A stretch of 64,000 nt of DNA from Phycisphaerales bacterium (GTDB lineage: Bacteria > Planctomycetota > Phycisphaerae > Phycisphaerales > UBA1924): assembly GCA_965212225.1 (NCBI GenBank), contig OZ243106.1:2891374-2955373 (forward strand), in the 5' to 3' direction. This document shows positions 9,792 through 19,818 of this stretch, piece by piece. The notes under the pieces were generated by a model. It was not told the DNA's origin. It worked only from the letters and a program-made list of their open reading frames with translations, and did not search any database. Every line of letters starts with the position of its first letter. The first letter of the stretch is position 1. Made by a program: the position numbers and the translations under genes.

Positions 9792-10178
9792 TCAGACGAC
9801 CTCCGAAGCGAGAGAAACGATTTTCATGTATCCGCGATCGCGGAGTTCACGGGCGACCGCACCGAAGATGCGGGTCCCCTTGGGGTTGCCGTCGGGCCCG
9901 ATGAGCACGACGGCGTTGTTATCGAAACGGACATAGGAGCCGTCGGCGCGACGCGTCGGGTAGGAGGTCCGAACGACCACCGCCTTGACGATGTCGCCGG
10001 ACTTCACATCCGCGCCCGGGAGGGCCTTCTTGACGGAGCAGACGACGCGATCGCCCACGCCGGCCTGGCGACGGGTGAACTTGCCGCGAGCCGTCGAGCC
10101 ACCCAGTACCCGGATGACGTAGGCGATCTTGGCACCCGAGTTGTCGGCGACTTCGCACCGTGATTCTTGCTGAAGCAT
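9792..10178 (-). CDS. rplN: 50S ribosomal protein L14
   Basis: [17 protein letters not shown]...; synteny. Confidence 0.97.
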   Translation of the reverse strand: MLQQESRCEVADNSGAKIAYVIRVLGGSTARGKFTRRQAGVGDRVVCSVKKALPGADVKSGDIVKAVVVRTSYPTRRADGSYVRFDNNAVVLIGPDGNPKGTRIFGAVARELRDRGYMKIVSLASEVV

Positions 10179-10285
10179 CGTTAACCTCGAACTTCACTCG
10201 CAGCGGTGTGACCCGCTGATGCGGCGGCTGCCGCGGATATCTGACGAACGGTCATGACCCGGACCCGGGCCTCGACCGGGGTTGA

Positions 10286-10552
10286 TTAGTTGCCCGGGGC
10301 CTTCTCGACGATCCGGACGAGTTCCCAGGACTTGGTCTTGGAGACGGGACGGCACTGCTTGACCTCGACGCGGTCGCCGCGATGCGACTGGTTGTCCTCG
10401 TCGTGCACGTGCAGCACGGTCCGCTTGCGGACGTACTTGCCGTACTTGGGGTGCTTGGCGAGGAACTGCACCACGACGCGACGGGTCTTGTCACGCGCAT
10501 CGGACTCGACGAGTCCGATCTTCGTGCCGGTGATTTTTTCCGAGTCGCTCAT
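10286..10552 (-). CDS. rpsQ: 30S ribosomal protein S17
   Basis: GLVESDARDKTRRVVV...YVKRTVLHVHDE pattern. 4-nt overlap with rpmC. Confidence 0.95.
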   Translation of the reverse strand: MSDSEKITGTKIGLVESDARDKTRRVVVQFLAKHPKYGKYVRKRTVLHVHDEDNQSHRGDRVEVKQCRPVSKTKSWELVRIVEKAPGN

Positions 10553-10758
10553 GAGGCGGCCCCCTGCTTCTTCAGTGCTCGCATGTGCTTTTCAGTCTTC
10601 AGCCGGGCGACGCCTCGGCGGGTTTTCTTGAACAGGCTCGGGTTCTCGATCTTCTCGGTCACCGCCTGCGAACGGAGGTCGAAGAGCTTGCGCTGCATGC
10701 GATCGATTTCGACATCGATCTCTTCGTCTGTGAGTTTGCGTACTTCTTGAGCGTCCAT
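10549..10758 (-). CDS. rpmC: 50S ribosomal protein L29
   Basis: 69-aa helical protein with LTDEEIDVEIDRMQRKLFDLRSQ; synteny between rplP and rpsQ. Confidence 0.93.
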   Translation of the reverse strand: MDAQEVRKLTDEEIDVEIDRMQRKLFDLRSQAVTEKIENPSLFKKTRRGVARLKTEKHMRALKKQGAAS

Positions 10759-10784
10759 TTCCTGGTTCCTTGTGCGTTCGTAGA

Positions 10785-11213
10785 TCAGACGGCGAGGCGG
10801 CGACCGACGAAGCGGCAGCGAACGGGCATCTTCCGCGCGATGCGGACGAGGGTGCCACGAGCGACTTCCTCGGGAACGCCGGCGATCTCGAAGAGCATCG
10901 TGCCGGGCTTCACGCGAGCCGCCCAGTAGTCCGTGTCCGCCTTACCCTTACCCATGCGCTGTTCCAGCGGCTTCTTGGAGACGGGCTTGTCAGGGAACAC
11001 GCGGATGTACACCTTGCCCTGGCGCTTGAGGAAGTGCTGGGCAGCGATACGACCGGCTTCGAGCTGACGCGCGGTCAGCCAGCAGGGCTCGAGCGCCTGG
11101 AGACCGAATTCGCCGTAGGCAACGTAGTTGCCCTTGGTGGCTTTGCGGTCGCTGACGCGACTGGCCCGCCGGAACTCTTTCCGGAACTTCACTCGCTTTG
11201 GCATGCGGGGCAT
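10785..11213 (-). CDS. rplP: 50S ribosomal protein L16
   Basis: [13 protein letters not shown]...[19 protein letters not shown]. Confidence 0.97.
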   Translation of the reverse strand: MPRMPKRVKFRKEFRRASRVSDRKATKGNYVAYGEFGLQALEPCWLTARQLEAGRIAAQHFLKRQGKVYIRVFPDKPVSKKPLEQRMGKGKADTDYWAARVKPGTMLFEIAGVPEEVARGTLVRIARKMPVRCRFVGRRLAV

Positions 11214-11277
11214 GGGTTAAACCTTCTCAATCAGGACTTCAGTGATCCGTGGGATGATGCGCTCGGCAAGCCGGCGA

Positions 11278-11982
11278 TCAACGGCGTCCGCGAGCGCGGG
11301 GGCGGGCCCCGGCGGCCTTGGACTCGGTTTCCTCGGCAGACTCTTCCGAGTACATGCCTTTGTAGATCCAGACCTTCACGCCGATGGCGCCGTAGGTCGT
11401 GAACGATTCGGCGAAGCCGTAGTCGATGTTCGCCTGCAGCGAGCTCAGCGGCATCGAACCCAGACGCGTGTCCAGGCGGCGGCTCATTTCGGCGCCGCCG
11501 AGACGACCGGCGAGCAGGATGCGGGCACCCTTCGCGCCTGACTGCATCGCGGCTTCGGCACGCATCTTCACGATGCGACGGAACGAGGCACGCTTCTTGA
11601 GCTGCTCGGCAATGCCTTCGGCGATGAGCTGGGCCTCGAGGTCAGGGTTCTTGATCTCCATGATCGAGATCGAGACCTTACGCCCGGTCATGTACTGGAG
11701 CTCTTCGGTCAGGCGGTCGACCTCGGCGCCCTTCGGGCCGATGACCAGACCCGGACGGGCGGTCTTGACGATGACCTTGAGCTCTTCACGCGTACGCTCG
11801 ATGTGGATGTCGGCGACCGCGGCGAAGGGGGGAGTGCGGTTCAGTCGCTTGTCGACGAACTGCCGGATGCGGTAGTCCTCGACGAGCAGCTCGCCGTACA
11901 GCGCCTTCGGGGCGTACCAGCGGGAGCGGTGCGCCTCGGTGATGCCAACGCGGAAACCGAATGGATGAACTTTCTGGCCCAT
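11278..11982 (-). CDS. rpsC: 30S ribosomal protein S3
   Basis: True start MGQKVHPFGFRVGI at ATG 11982, 1 nt after the rplV stop. The 55 upstream codons of ORF 11278..12147 overlap rplV and were rejected. Confidence 0.96.
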   Translation of the reverse strand: MGQKVHPFGFRVGITEAHRSRWYAPKALYGELLVEDYRIRQFVDKRLNRTPPFAAVADIHIERTREELKVIVKTARPGLVIGPKGAEVDRLTEELQYMTGRKVSISIMEIKNPDLEAQLIAEGIAEQLKKRASFRRIVKMRAEAAMQSGAKGARILLAGRLGGAEMSRRLDTRLGSMPLSSLQANIDYGFAESFTTYGAIGVKVWIYKGMYSEESAEETESKAAGARPRARGRR

Positions 11983-11983
11983 A

Positions 11984-12538
11984 TCAGTTGGCCTCCTCGA
12001 CGCTAACGGTGATGTGGCTGGTGCGCTTCTGGATCGGGTGTGCCCGGCCGCGGTCCTTCGGCTGGAACCGCTTGATGATGACGGCACCATCGGCCTTGGC
12101 TTCGGAAACGACCAGGCGGGCGACGTCGGCGTTCGCGGCCTCGGCATCGGCGACTGCCGCGTTCAGAACCTTGCGAACCATGGTGGCGGCACGCTTGGGG
12201 CTGAACTGCAGGAGCGCGTCGGCTTCGGCGAAGCTCCGCCCGCGGATCATCTCGACCACCAGCATCGACTTGCGCTGGCTCGAGCGAGCGAAGCGGAAGG
12301 TGCTCGTGAAGCGGGCAAAGGACAGCGGCGGGACGCCGAGCGCCCCGGCGAGCGCGTCGACCTCTTCGGCCTTCGCGCTCGGGTGATCCTTGCCGGCCAT
12401 CCAGTTGCGAACCTTCTTGAGCGCGAGCCTCTGCTGCTTTTGACCGTCGTTGCTGCGCGGGAGCGCGGCGGCGAGGGTCTCGACATCGATGCCCGAGTCC
12501 TTGATGGCTTTCTTGAACTTATCAGCGTTGATCTTCAC
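11984..12538 (-). CDS. rplV: 50S ribosomal protein L22 with about 75-aa N-terminal HTH-like extension
   Basis: L22 core FRFARSSQRKSMLVVEMIRGRSFAEADALLQFS...RAHPIQKRTSHITV. It is preceded in frame by MKINADKFKKAIKDSGIDVETLAAAL...VRNWMAGKDHPSAKAEEVDALAGALGV. No ATG/GTG/TTG lies near the core start. Confidence 0.93.
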   Translation of the reverse strand: MKINADKFKKAIKDSGIDVETLAAALPRSNDGQKQQRLALKKVRNWMAGKDHPSAKAEEVDALAGALGVPPLSFARFTSTFRFARSSQRKSMLVVEMIRGRSFAEADALLQFSPKRAATMVRKVLNAAVADAEAANADVARLVVSEAKADGAVIIKRFQPKDRGRAHPIQKRTSHITVSVEEAN

Positions 12539-12641
12539 GATCGTCGCCCCAATCCAATCGGCGGATTGCTCCGCTCTGTGCTATCGACGGCTCGCGCCGC
12601 CGGGAAACTGTCTCGAACACGCTGGCACCTGCCGATCGCGA

Positions 12642-12926
12642 TCAGCGACCGGACTTGATGCCTTCCTTCTTGTTGGTGTGGCCTCGGAAGGTTCGCGTGA
12701 GAGCGAACTCGCCGAGCTTGTGACCCACCATATCTTCGGTGATGAACACCTCGTTGAACGCACGGCCGTTGTGGACCTTGAACGTGTGGCCCACGAACTC
12801 CGGGACGATCGTGCAGGCCCGCGACCAGGTCTTGATCGCGTCGCGGTTGCCCGACTCCTTGGCCTTGAGGACCTTGTTGTAGATCCGCTCGTCGACGAAC
12901 GGGCCCTTCTTGAGTGATCGAGCCAT
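12642..12926 (-). CDS. rpsS: 30S ribosomal protein S19
   Basis: [13 protein letters not shown]...[16 protein letters not shown]. Confidence 0.97.
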   Translation of the reverse strand: MARSLKKGPFVDERIYNKVLKAKESGNRDAIKTWSRACTIVPEFVGHTFKVHNGRAFNEVFITEDMVGHKLGEFALTRTFRGHTNKKEGIKSGR

Positions 12927-13018
12927 GGCTCGTTCCTTTCGATCTGCAACGGCTGTCGCCGGTGTCTGTCAATCCTGGCCGGAGCCGGGGGAGTGTTCCT
13001 TCGGGACGCCGCTCGCGA

Positions 13019-13873
13019 TCAGCGGAGCTGACCGTAACGCTTGGACTTGCGACGACGGATGATGAGCTTCTCGGAGAACTGCTTGCGATCGCGGGTGCTG
13101 CCGCCCTTGGCCAACGTGCCGGCACGGTTGACGGGAGCGCGACCGCCCTTGGACCGACCCTCGCCGCCGCCCATCGGGTGAGCGTTGTGACTCATGGCCA
13201 TACCGCGGGTCTTCGGGCGACGACCGAGGTGGCGGCTCTTGCCGGCCTTGCCGAGGCGACGCAGGGCGTGGTCGGCGTTGCCGACGCTGCCGACGACCGC
13301 CTTGCACTCGATGCTGACGCGACGGATTTCACCGGAGGGGAGCACGAGCGTGGCGTAGTCGTCTTCCTTGTTGGTCAGACGGGCGCTCATGCCGGCCGAG
13401 CGGCACATCTGTCCGCCCTTGCCCGGCGTCAGTTCGATGCAGTGCAGGTCGAAGCCGGTCGGGATGTACTTGATCTTGAGGCAGTTGCCGACGTCCGGCT
13501 CGATCGAGTCGTTGGAGGTCAGCACCGTGCTTCCATCCTTCACGCCTTTGGGCGCGAGGACGTAACGCTTGACGCCGTCGGCGTACTCGACCAGCGCGAT
13601 GTGGCAGGTGCGGTTCGGATCGTACTCGATGCCGATGACCGTGCCGGGGATGTCGTTGCGATCCGAGCGACGGAAATCGATCTTGCGGTACATCCGCTTG
13701 TGACCGCCGCCGCGACCCTTCACGGTGATCTTGCCCTGGTTGTTGCGACCACCGGTCTTGGTCAGCGGCTCGGTCAGTGACTTCTCCGGCCGGGTCTTGG
13801 TGACCTCGGCGTGGATGTTGACCGACGCGTTGCGTCGCCCGGCACTGGTTGGTCTGTATACGCGAATCGGCAT
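13019..13873 (-). CDS. rplB: 50S ribosomal protein L2
   Basis: GRNNQGKITVKGRGGGHKR and HPMGGGEGRSKGG motifs. Confidence 0.98.
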   Translation of the reverse strand: MPIRVYRPTSAGRRNASVNIHAEVTKTRPEKSLTEPLTKTGGRNNQGKITVKGRGGGHKRMYRKIDFRRSDRNDIPGTVIGIEYDPNRTCHIALVEYADGVKRYVLAPKGVKDGSTVLTSNDSIEPDVGNCLKIKYIPTGFDLHCIELTPGKGGQMCRSAGMSARLTNKEDDYATLVLPSGEIRRVSIECKAVVGSVGNADHALRRLGKAGKSRHLGRRPKTRGMAMSHNAHPMGGGEGRSKGGRAPVNRAGTLAKGGSTRDRKQFSEKLIIRRRKSKRYGQLR

Positions 13874-13936
13874 GGTGTGCTCACTCTCGACCCATTCGTG
13901 CCTCGCCTCAGCGGGCTTTGCGGGTCAGTTTCTGGA

Positions 13937-14215
13937 TCAGAGAATCTCGATGGTGTCCTCGGGGTGCACCTTGACGATGGCCTTCTTGACCGACTTGCCG
14001 CCGATCATCCCGTAGCGGTAGCGGCGGTTGCGCTGCTGCGTGGTCACGGTGTTCACACCGAGCACGCGGACGCTGTAGAGGTCCTCGATGGCCTTCTTGA
14101 TGTCGGTCTTGGTCGCCGTGCGGGAAACAACAAACGCGTGGCGGTTGTGCTCGCCCGACGCGAAGGTCGTCTTCTCGGTCAGCAGCGGTTTCTTGATGAT
14201 GTGGTGGGCTTCCAT
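13937..14215 (-). CDS. rplW: 50S ribosomal protein L23
   Basis: IIKKPLLTEKT N-terminus; synteny. Confidence 0.95.
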   Translation of the reverse strand: MEAHHIIKKPLLTEKTTFASGEHNRHAFVVSRTATKTDIKKAIEDLYSVRVLGVNTVTTQQRNRRYRYGMIGGKSVKKAIVKVHPEDTIEIL

Positions 14216-14904
14216 TACTCGGCCTCCCCGTTCTTCGCGGCCTTGGACTTCTTCACCCGGCTCGCGGTCTTGTCAGTCTTCGAAGAGGGACCGGCCAGCC
14301 ACGCCTCGAGATCGGACTTGGCGATGACCAGGTAACGGTGGTTGAGCAGTTCCCAGCAGGTGAGTTGCTCGGAGTTGCAGAGGCCGACCTCGAGGTTGCG
14401 GGCCGCCAGGCGGGCGTTCAGGTTGTCCGGAGAAACCGCAACGACGCACGAGCGGTCCACGTTCAACTTGCCGAGCAGGTCGGCGAACGCCTTGGTCTTC
14501 GGCGAATCGAAGTTCAGATCGTCCACGACGCGCACTTCGTTGTCGATGAGCTTCGACAGCAGCGCGTTGCGGTTGGCCTTGCGACGCATCTTGACCGGCA
14601 TCGAGAGGCGGTATTCCTCGCGGGTCTTGGTCTTGGCAAACGCCACACCGCCGCCCTTGCGGATCACGGTGCGGTTGTTGCCCATGCGAGCGTTGCCCGT
14701 GCCCTTCTGCTTGTAGAGCTTGCGGGTCGAACCCTCGACCATGCTCCGGCCCTTGGTGCGAGCGGAGCCCTGGCGCTGGTTGGCGTGGTACATGACGAAG
14801 GCCTGCTTGATGAGATCGGGGTTGATCTCACCGCCGAGGACCTGCTCGTCGATGGCGAGCGTCGAGACCTGCTCGCCAGATTTGTTCAGAATGGGGATTT
14901 CCAT
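14215..14904 (-). CDS. rplD: 50S ribosomal protein L4
   Basis: MEIPILNKSGE...KQKGTGNARMG. Start at ATG 14904, preceded by GGAAGG; ORF maximum is 14964. The Lys-rich C-terminal tail overlaps the rplW start by 1 nt. Confidence 0.94.
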   Translation of the reverse strand: MEIPILNKSGEQVSTLAIDEQVLGGEINPDLIKQAFVMYHANQRQGSARTKGRSMVEGSTRKLYKQKGTGNARMGNNRTVIRKGGGVAFAKTKTREEYRLSMPVKMRRKANRNALLSKLIDNEVRVVDDLNFDSPKTKAFADLLGKLNVDRSCVVAVSPDNLNARLAARNLEVGLCNSEQLTCWELLNHRYLVIAKSDLEAWLAGPSSKTDKTASRVKKSKAAKNGEAE

Positions 14905-15146
14905 AACTTCCAGAAAACCTTCCTGCCGCCTCGCCCTTCCGGGCTTCGCCTTGGCTGGTGTCACACGCGGAGTTTCGCGTGGAGGGCCAGCATTGACTCG
15001 GCAACACTAGATCTGACTTGTGTGCGCCCCGTGGTTCCCGCTTTGTCGGGCCTGCGAGGCCGAATGGCGGAGATCGCTCCACCACCCGATCGTTTCTTGA
15101 TGTATCACCGGCACCAGGCCGGACGACGATTCTCTCTAAACGCGAC

Positions 15147-15830
15147 TCAGCCGGCCTTGGCCTTCTGCTTCGCGGCCTTGCCGATGTACAAACGGCTTGG
15201 CTCGGTGATCTCGACAAAGCCCTTGTTGGCACCCGGGACCGACCCCTTGACGAGCAGCAGCCCCTGGTCGGCATCCACCTTCACGACCTCGAGCGAACGA
15301 ACAGAGACCCGCTCGTTGCCCATCTGGCCGGCCATTTTCTTGCCCTTCTTGACCTTCGGACCGGTACCACGGTTGGTCGCATGGCCGCCGATCGAACCGG
15401 CGGAGCGGTGCTTCCGCTCGACGCCGTGAGAGGCTTCCTGACCGGCGAAGTTGTGACGCTTCATGACACCGGCGAAGCCCTTGCCCTTCGAGGTTCCGGC
15501 GACATCGACGAACGCGAACTGTTCGAGCAGGTCGACGCCGAGCTGCTGACCGAGTTCGTACGACGAGACATCGTCTGTGCGGAACTCGCGGTGCAGCCGC
15601 TTCGGAGCCGTCTTGGCCTTGGCGTCGTGCCCGATCATCGGCATGGTGGAATTGCGGGCCTTGAGTTCGCCGAAACCGATCTGAACCGCGTTGTAGCCGT
15701 CGGTCTCTTCGGTCTTGATCTGCGTAACCACGCACGGACCGACCGAGATGACGGTCACCGGAACAGAGACACCGTCTTCGTTGAAGACGCGAGTCATGCC
15801 GAGTTTCTGGCCGAGAAGCTTGAGTGCCAT
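15147..15830 (-). CDS. rplC: 50S ribosomal protein L3
   Basis: LLGQKLGMTRVFNEDG...GTSKGKGFAGVMKRHNF. Confidence 0.97.
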   Translation of the reverse strand: MALKLLGQKLGMTRVFNEDGVSVPVTVISVGPCVVTQIKTEETDGYNAVQIGFGELKARNSTMPMIGHDAKAKTAPKRLHREFRTDDVSSYELGQQLGVDLLEQFAFVDVAGTSKGKGFAGVMKRHNFAGQEASHGVERKHRSAGSIGGHATNRGTGPKVKKGKKMAGQMGNERVSVRSLEVVKVDADQGLLLVKGSVPGANKGFVEITEPSRLYIGKAAKQKAKAG

Positions 15831-15984
15831 TGCTCTTCCGTTTCTGCCGTTGACTCAAACGAGTCGCAGGGTTTGCCTTGCGGCGGTTCGTACCATCAGA
15901 CGGGCAGAGGAACCTGTTGAACTGTCTCGCTCGCTCGCACGAGCACGAAAAAACCGCCCCAGAAAGGGCGGCGGGTACGGCCGG

Positions 15985-16293
15985 TCAGGCCTTGATCTTG
16001 ACGAACACACCGGCAGGAACGACGAGGCGGTTGAGCGCTTCGACAGTGCGGGCGTTTGGTTCGGTGATGTCGATGATGCGCTTGTGCGTCCGGATCTCGA
16101 ACTGCTCGCGCGATTTCTTGTCGATGAACGGGCCACGCAGAACGGTGTAGCGCTCGATGCGCGTGGGCAGCGGAACCGGACCGGCAACCTTCGCGCTCGT
16201 GCGCTTGGCGTGCTCGACGATCTCGCGCGCAGACGCATCCAGGGCCTGGTGGTCGTACGCTTCCATCCGAATTCGAATCTTGCCGCCGGTCAT
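15985..16293 (-). CDS. rpsJ: 30S ribosomal protein S10
   Basis: [22 protein letters not shown]...[20 protein letters not shown]. First gene of the cluster. Confidence 0.97.
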   Translation of the reverse strand: MTGGKIRIRMEAYDHQALDASAREIVEHAKRTSAKVAGPVPLPTRIERYTVLRGPFIDKKSREQFEIRTHKRIIDITEPNARTVEALNRLVVPAGVFVKIKA

Positions 16294-16797
16294 TCGATCA
16301 CCGCGTCCGATCTACGAGTTCAGGCCGGCTCTCGCGAGCCGCCGTTCCAGACAAAGATGCTCCCGAGACTCCGGCGACGAGGCGGGTTCAACACCCCCCA
16401 ACGCCATCGCGGCCTCGGACTCCCGCTCCGAACCATCAGTTCATGAGGGAAAAAGCACCACAACCCGACTGCAGACGACACCAGTTCGCCCGAGGCGGAA
16501 GGGCAAAGATAGAAACTTCTCGCCGCTTGTCAACTCGACCCGGCACAGAACCCGGGTACAGGCGGTCAGAAGCCCGCTTTTTGCACATCCGGTCGATGGC
16601 GCACCCGGCCTCGCGAAACCTGATCCGGTGATGTGGCTATGACCCATGCCACGCCCCCTGCTCCGACGATGCTCCCAAGGGTCCGAATTCGGTTATCGGC
16701 CCAAGTCTCCATGTATCATGCCGATGAACCCAACGGCTCGGAAAACGTCTGATTGTCGTCGAGCCAGCACTCTCCCCGCACCGAAGCAAAGACCGCC

Positions 16798-18300
16798 ATG
16801 CCCTATATTAATGCAGATTTTTGTGCCCGCTGCCTGACTGTTTGTATCGCCTGCACCTTCGCGCTCGCCTCGGACGCCGCGCAACCGGCCCCCGAGCCGA
16901 GCCAGCCCCAAGCCGTCGAAGCCCCCGCGGTCAGCGATCCATACTCGCTCGAGGACCTCGGGGTCACCGTCCTGCTCCCGGACGACACCGTCGTCGACAC
17001 GCAGTTCGTCCCCGGCGGTCGCACCAAGGCGGTACTGAAAGCCCCGGACAACACATGGGTCGTCCAGATTTTCAACGCCGTTTCCTCGAACACAACGCTG
17101 ACCATCTCAGAAGTGCTCGACAACTTCGAGGAACAACGCCGCTCCGGTCTTCGTGCCTACCAGAACGCCAACCCCAACTGGTTCCGGGGCGCGAATCCGA
17201 AGTTCTTCACCGAGGATGACCGGGGCCGGAGCCCGCTCGTCGTCTCCGGTCGTCTCGATCCGGAGCAACTGACCATCGGGGGTCAGCCCGCCGGGCGTTT
17301 CTACTGTGACACCCCGCTCATCGAACCGAACATCGCGACGGGCTACACCGTGTTCCGTCGCACGCCCGGCACCTTCATCATTTTCCAGCTCGACTGCCTC
17401 GATAAGTCCTTCGCACGCTCTCGCCAGGTCTACGAGACGATCGTCGCCAGCGTCACCTTCGAGGACCCCGAACAGACGAACGCGGAAAGGGCCACCGCGC
17501 TGCTCGCCGGGAAGAGATTCCTTGAATCGGTAAGCAACGAAGACATCGAGGCGGTGCTGTCCGATGAGCCCGCCTTCTACCGGTTCTACAAGCCGGCCCC
17601 CACCGGCCTCCCTTCAGACGCCACGGAGATCGGTTGGCAGCGAGTGCAGATGCGACGCGGCCAGCGAGGCGAACTCGAACCCGGCAAGCCCAAGTCCAAC
17701 TGGACCGCCGCAGATCGCGAGGTCGGATTCCTCGTCAGGATCGACGGCGAGTTCACATTCGGAAGAAACCAGATCGAGATGTACGCGGCGTATTTCCTCG
17801 ATCGGGAGCGAACCAACGAAGCGATCTCCACCATGACCCGGAACCGAGTCAACGGAGAACTGGTGGCCGAACGCGTGGTGACCGTGATTCGACGCGACCG
17901 AATGATGACGCTCAGCAGCGTACAGACCGCGAGCCCGGCCGAAACCCGGGACTGGTCGGTGCCGGAGGAGTACATCTCGCGTGTTGAACTCGAACTGCTC
18001 CCGCGACTGGTGGCCCTGAAGACCCCCGCCGATTCCCCGACCGAGTTCGACTTCGGCTACTTCCACTTCAACGTGGAAAACCAGCGGCTGCAGCTGCGCC
18101 GTGACAAGTTCTCCAACCTGAACCTCGTCAAGGGGTGGGAATACCGATCAGAACCCGGGCCACGCATCAAGGCGGTCGAGGCCACGCTCGACACCGAAGG
18201 CAACCTGATCCGGCGCGAACTCGCCGACGGTACGGTCATGGAATCGATCGAACCCGAACGACTCCGCGAACTGCAGAGCAGCGCACCGACAAATCGGTAG
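16798..18300 (+). CDS. hypothetical exported protein (500 aa)
   Basis: ORF 16753..18300, which opens with TTG. ATG at 16798 gives a Cys-rich signal-like N-terminus, MPYINADFCARCLTVCIACTFALASDAA. No recognisable domain. Confidence 0.7.
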   Translation: MPYINADFCARCLTVCIACTFALASDAAQPAPEPSQPQAVEAPAVSDPYSLEDLGVTVLLPDDTVVDTQFVPGGRTKAVLKAPDNTWVVQIFNAVSSNTTLTISEVLDNFEEQRRSGLRAYQNANPNWFRGANPKFFTEDDRGRSPLVVSGRLDPEQLTIGGQPAGRFYCDTPLIEPNIATGYTVFRRTPGTFIIFQLDCLDKSFARSRQVYETIVASVTFEDPEQTNAERATALLAGKRFLESVSNEDIEAVLSDEPAFYRFYKPAPTGLPSDATEIGWQRVQMRRGQRGELEPGKPKSNWTAADREVGFLVRIDGEFTFGRNQIEMYAAYFLDRERTNEAISTMTRNRVNGELVAERVVTVIRRDRMMTLSSVQTASPAETRDWSVPEEYISRVELELLPRLVALKTPADSPTEFDFGYFHFNVENQRLQLRRDKFSNLNLVKGWEYRSEPGPRIKAVEATLDTEGNLIRRELADGTVMESIEPERLRELQSSAPTNR

Positions 18301-18306
18301 GCCTGA

Positions 18307-19656
18307 TCAGCCGTCCACGCCGTCGTCGGCCGGCATCTCCGGCTGGGAGGGCTCTTCGCCGCGGAGTTCCATCGCGCGCGCCTCGTAACGCTCGCTCAGA
18401 ATCGCCGCGACATCACCCGTCCCGGCGAAGCTGCTCGACGCCTCGCTGTAAGCGCTCGCGGCCTCTCCGGAGGCGCGCTCGGCCTCGGCACGGAACTCCT
18501 CGGCAACGGACGCGAATCGTTCGACGCCTTCCGCCCCGGTCTGAACGAGGTACTCAGCGCTGGCGGCGATTCGCGCCGCCGTCTGCGCCCGCAGTTCGAG
18601 AGCACGGGCCTGCGCCGCGAAGTGTTCGCCGGCGGCAGAACGGGCCAGGTCGCCCATCCCACGGGCCTGACGCGCCATCGAGGCGGCGCTGCCCAATTCG
18701 GAAGTCGCGCCCTCGACCGCTTCGACGAACTCCGCGCGGTATGTCTCGATCACCGCGTTCAAACGAGAGCGGTAGTCTTCAAGCGTCTCACGAGTGACCT
18801 GTTGGCGCTCGGATCGCTGCTGATTGACCTGCGCGTCGATGAGCGAAATCCGCTCCAAACCGTTGGTCTGAATGGCTCGCAGCCGCCGCTGATCTTCGAT
18901 GATCGATTCGACCTGCGCGATCGCCGCTTCAAGGCTGTTGACCGTCAGTTCCTTCTCTGCCGCGGCACGCTCATACGCCTCCGCGCCGCGCGCCTTGGTG
19001 ACCGCCTGGCTAATCAGTTCGGCGCGGCGCATCGGCTCCGCGTCAAGCGACTCATCGCGCAGATCCGCCTCTTCGAGGCGCTCCGCACGGGCCGAGCCCA
19101 TGAGTTGATCGATCTCGTTCTGGACCTCGGCGAGTTCTTCGGCCAGTTCGTCGCGGTCACCCTCGAGTTCCCGGATCTCGGCATCGATGCCGCGGATCTG
19201 CTCCTCGATGCCGCTGATCGCCTCGCTCGCGTCCGGGCCGACCAGAGTGATCGCGAACGCCTTGTTCGAGTTGTACTCCCGAGCGACCGCGTCGGCCCGG
19301 GTGAGGTCGAAGCTGATCTGAGCCGCGAGAGCGCTCGCCCTGTTCAGATCGATCTCGGCGAGCGCAGAATTCGCTCGGGCCAGCATGAGTTGTGCCGGGG
19401 CCTTCGCGTCACCCTCGACCTCGCGCATCGCGTTGTTCAATTTCGTGACGACCGCTTGAAGATCAGCCTGCCGGGTCTCCGAGCCCGCGGTGATCACCGT
19501 CATCATGTCGCGGGCTTCGCTGATCGCCTGCTCGTACTGGCTGTCGGCGCGTTCGCAGGCGCCCAGCCCGAGCGCGAGCCCGGCGAGAAGCGAACACATC
19601 GCGGCACGAGAAACGGCGGAACGATGGAAAGCGAGTCGAACGGAGCGCTGGATCAT
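18307..19656 (-). CDS. hypothetical lipoprotein, Ala/Glu/Arg-rich coiled coil
   Basis: Lipobox LLAGLALGLGAC after the ATG at 19656. The remainder is heptad-like and helical. ORF maximum is 19695. Confidence 0.7.
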   Translation of the reverse strand: MIQRSVRLAFHRSAVSRAAMCSLLAGLALGLGACERADSQYEQAISEARDMMTVITAGSETRQADLQAVVTKLNNAMREVEGDAKAPAQLMLARANSALAEIDLNRASALAAQISFDLTRADAVAREYNSNKAFAITLVGPDASEAISGIEEQIRGIDAEIRELEGDRDELAEELAEVQNEIDQLMGSARAERLEEADLRDESLDAEPMRRAELISQAVTKARGAEAYERAAAEKELTVNSLEAAIAQVESIIEDQRRLRAIQTNGLERISLIDAQVNQQRSERQQVTRETLEDYRSRLNAVIETYRAEFVEAVEGATSELGSAASMARQARGMGDLARSAAGEHFAAQARALELRAQTAARIAASAEYLVQTGAEGVERFASVAEEFRAEAERASGEAASAYSEASSSFAGTGDVAAILSERYEARAMELRGEEPSQPEMPADDGVDG

Positions 19657-19818
19657 GCGAAAGTCTCGTCTGGCGTTGGTCGAGGCAAGCATCACACCGA
19701 TGCCGCAGAACGGGCCTCCCAGCCCTCGCGGGCGGAGGCGGCTGGCAGTGTAGCAAAGGCCCGGCAGACCCGGCAGAGGCCCAGAAAACGGTCAGCCCGA
19801 GAGGGCAGCACCTCGGCT

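Noticed and set aside
11983-12147. 55-codon upstream extension of rpsC
   Set aside because: It overlaps the rplV coding sequence. The canonical S3 N-terminus MGQKVHP starts at 11982, directly after the rplV stop.
16294-16797. Roughly 500-nt region upstream of rpsJ, examined for an S10-leader-like RNA, a small RNA or a consensus promoter
   Set aside because: Only short hairpins were seen (for example ACCCGG-CACAGAA-CCGGGT near 16546) plus an isolated TTGACA on the minus strand at 16538..16543 with no acceptable -10 at 16-18 nt. Nothing is supportable without covariation data.
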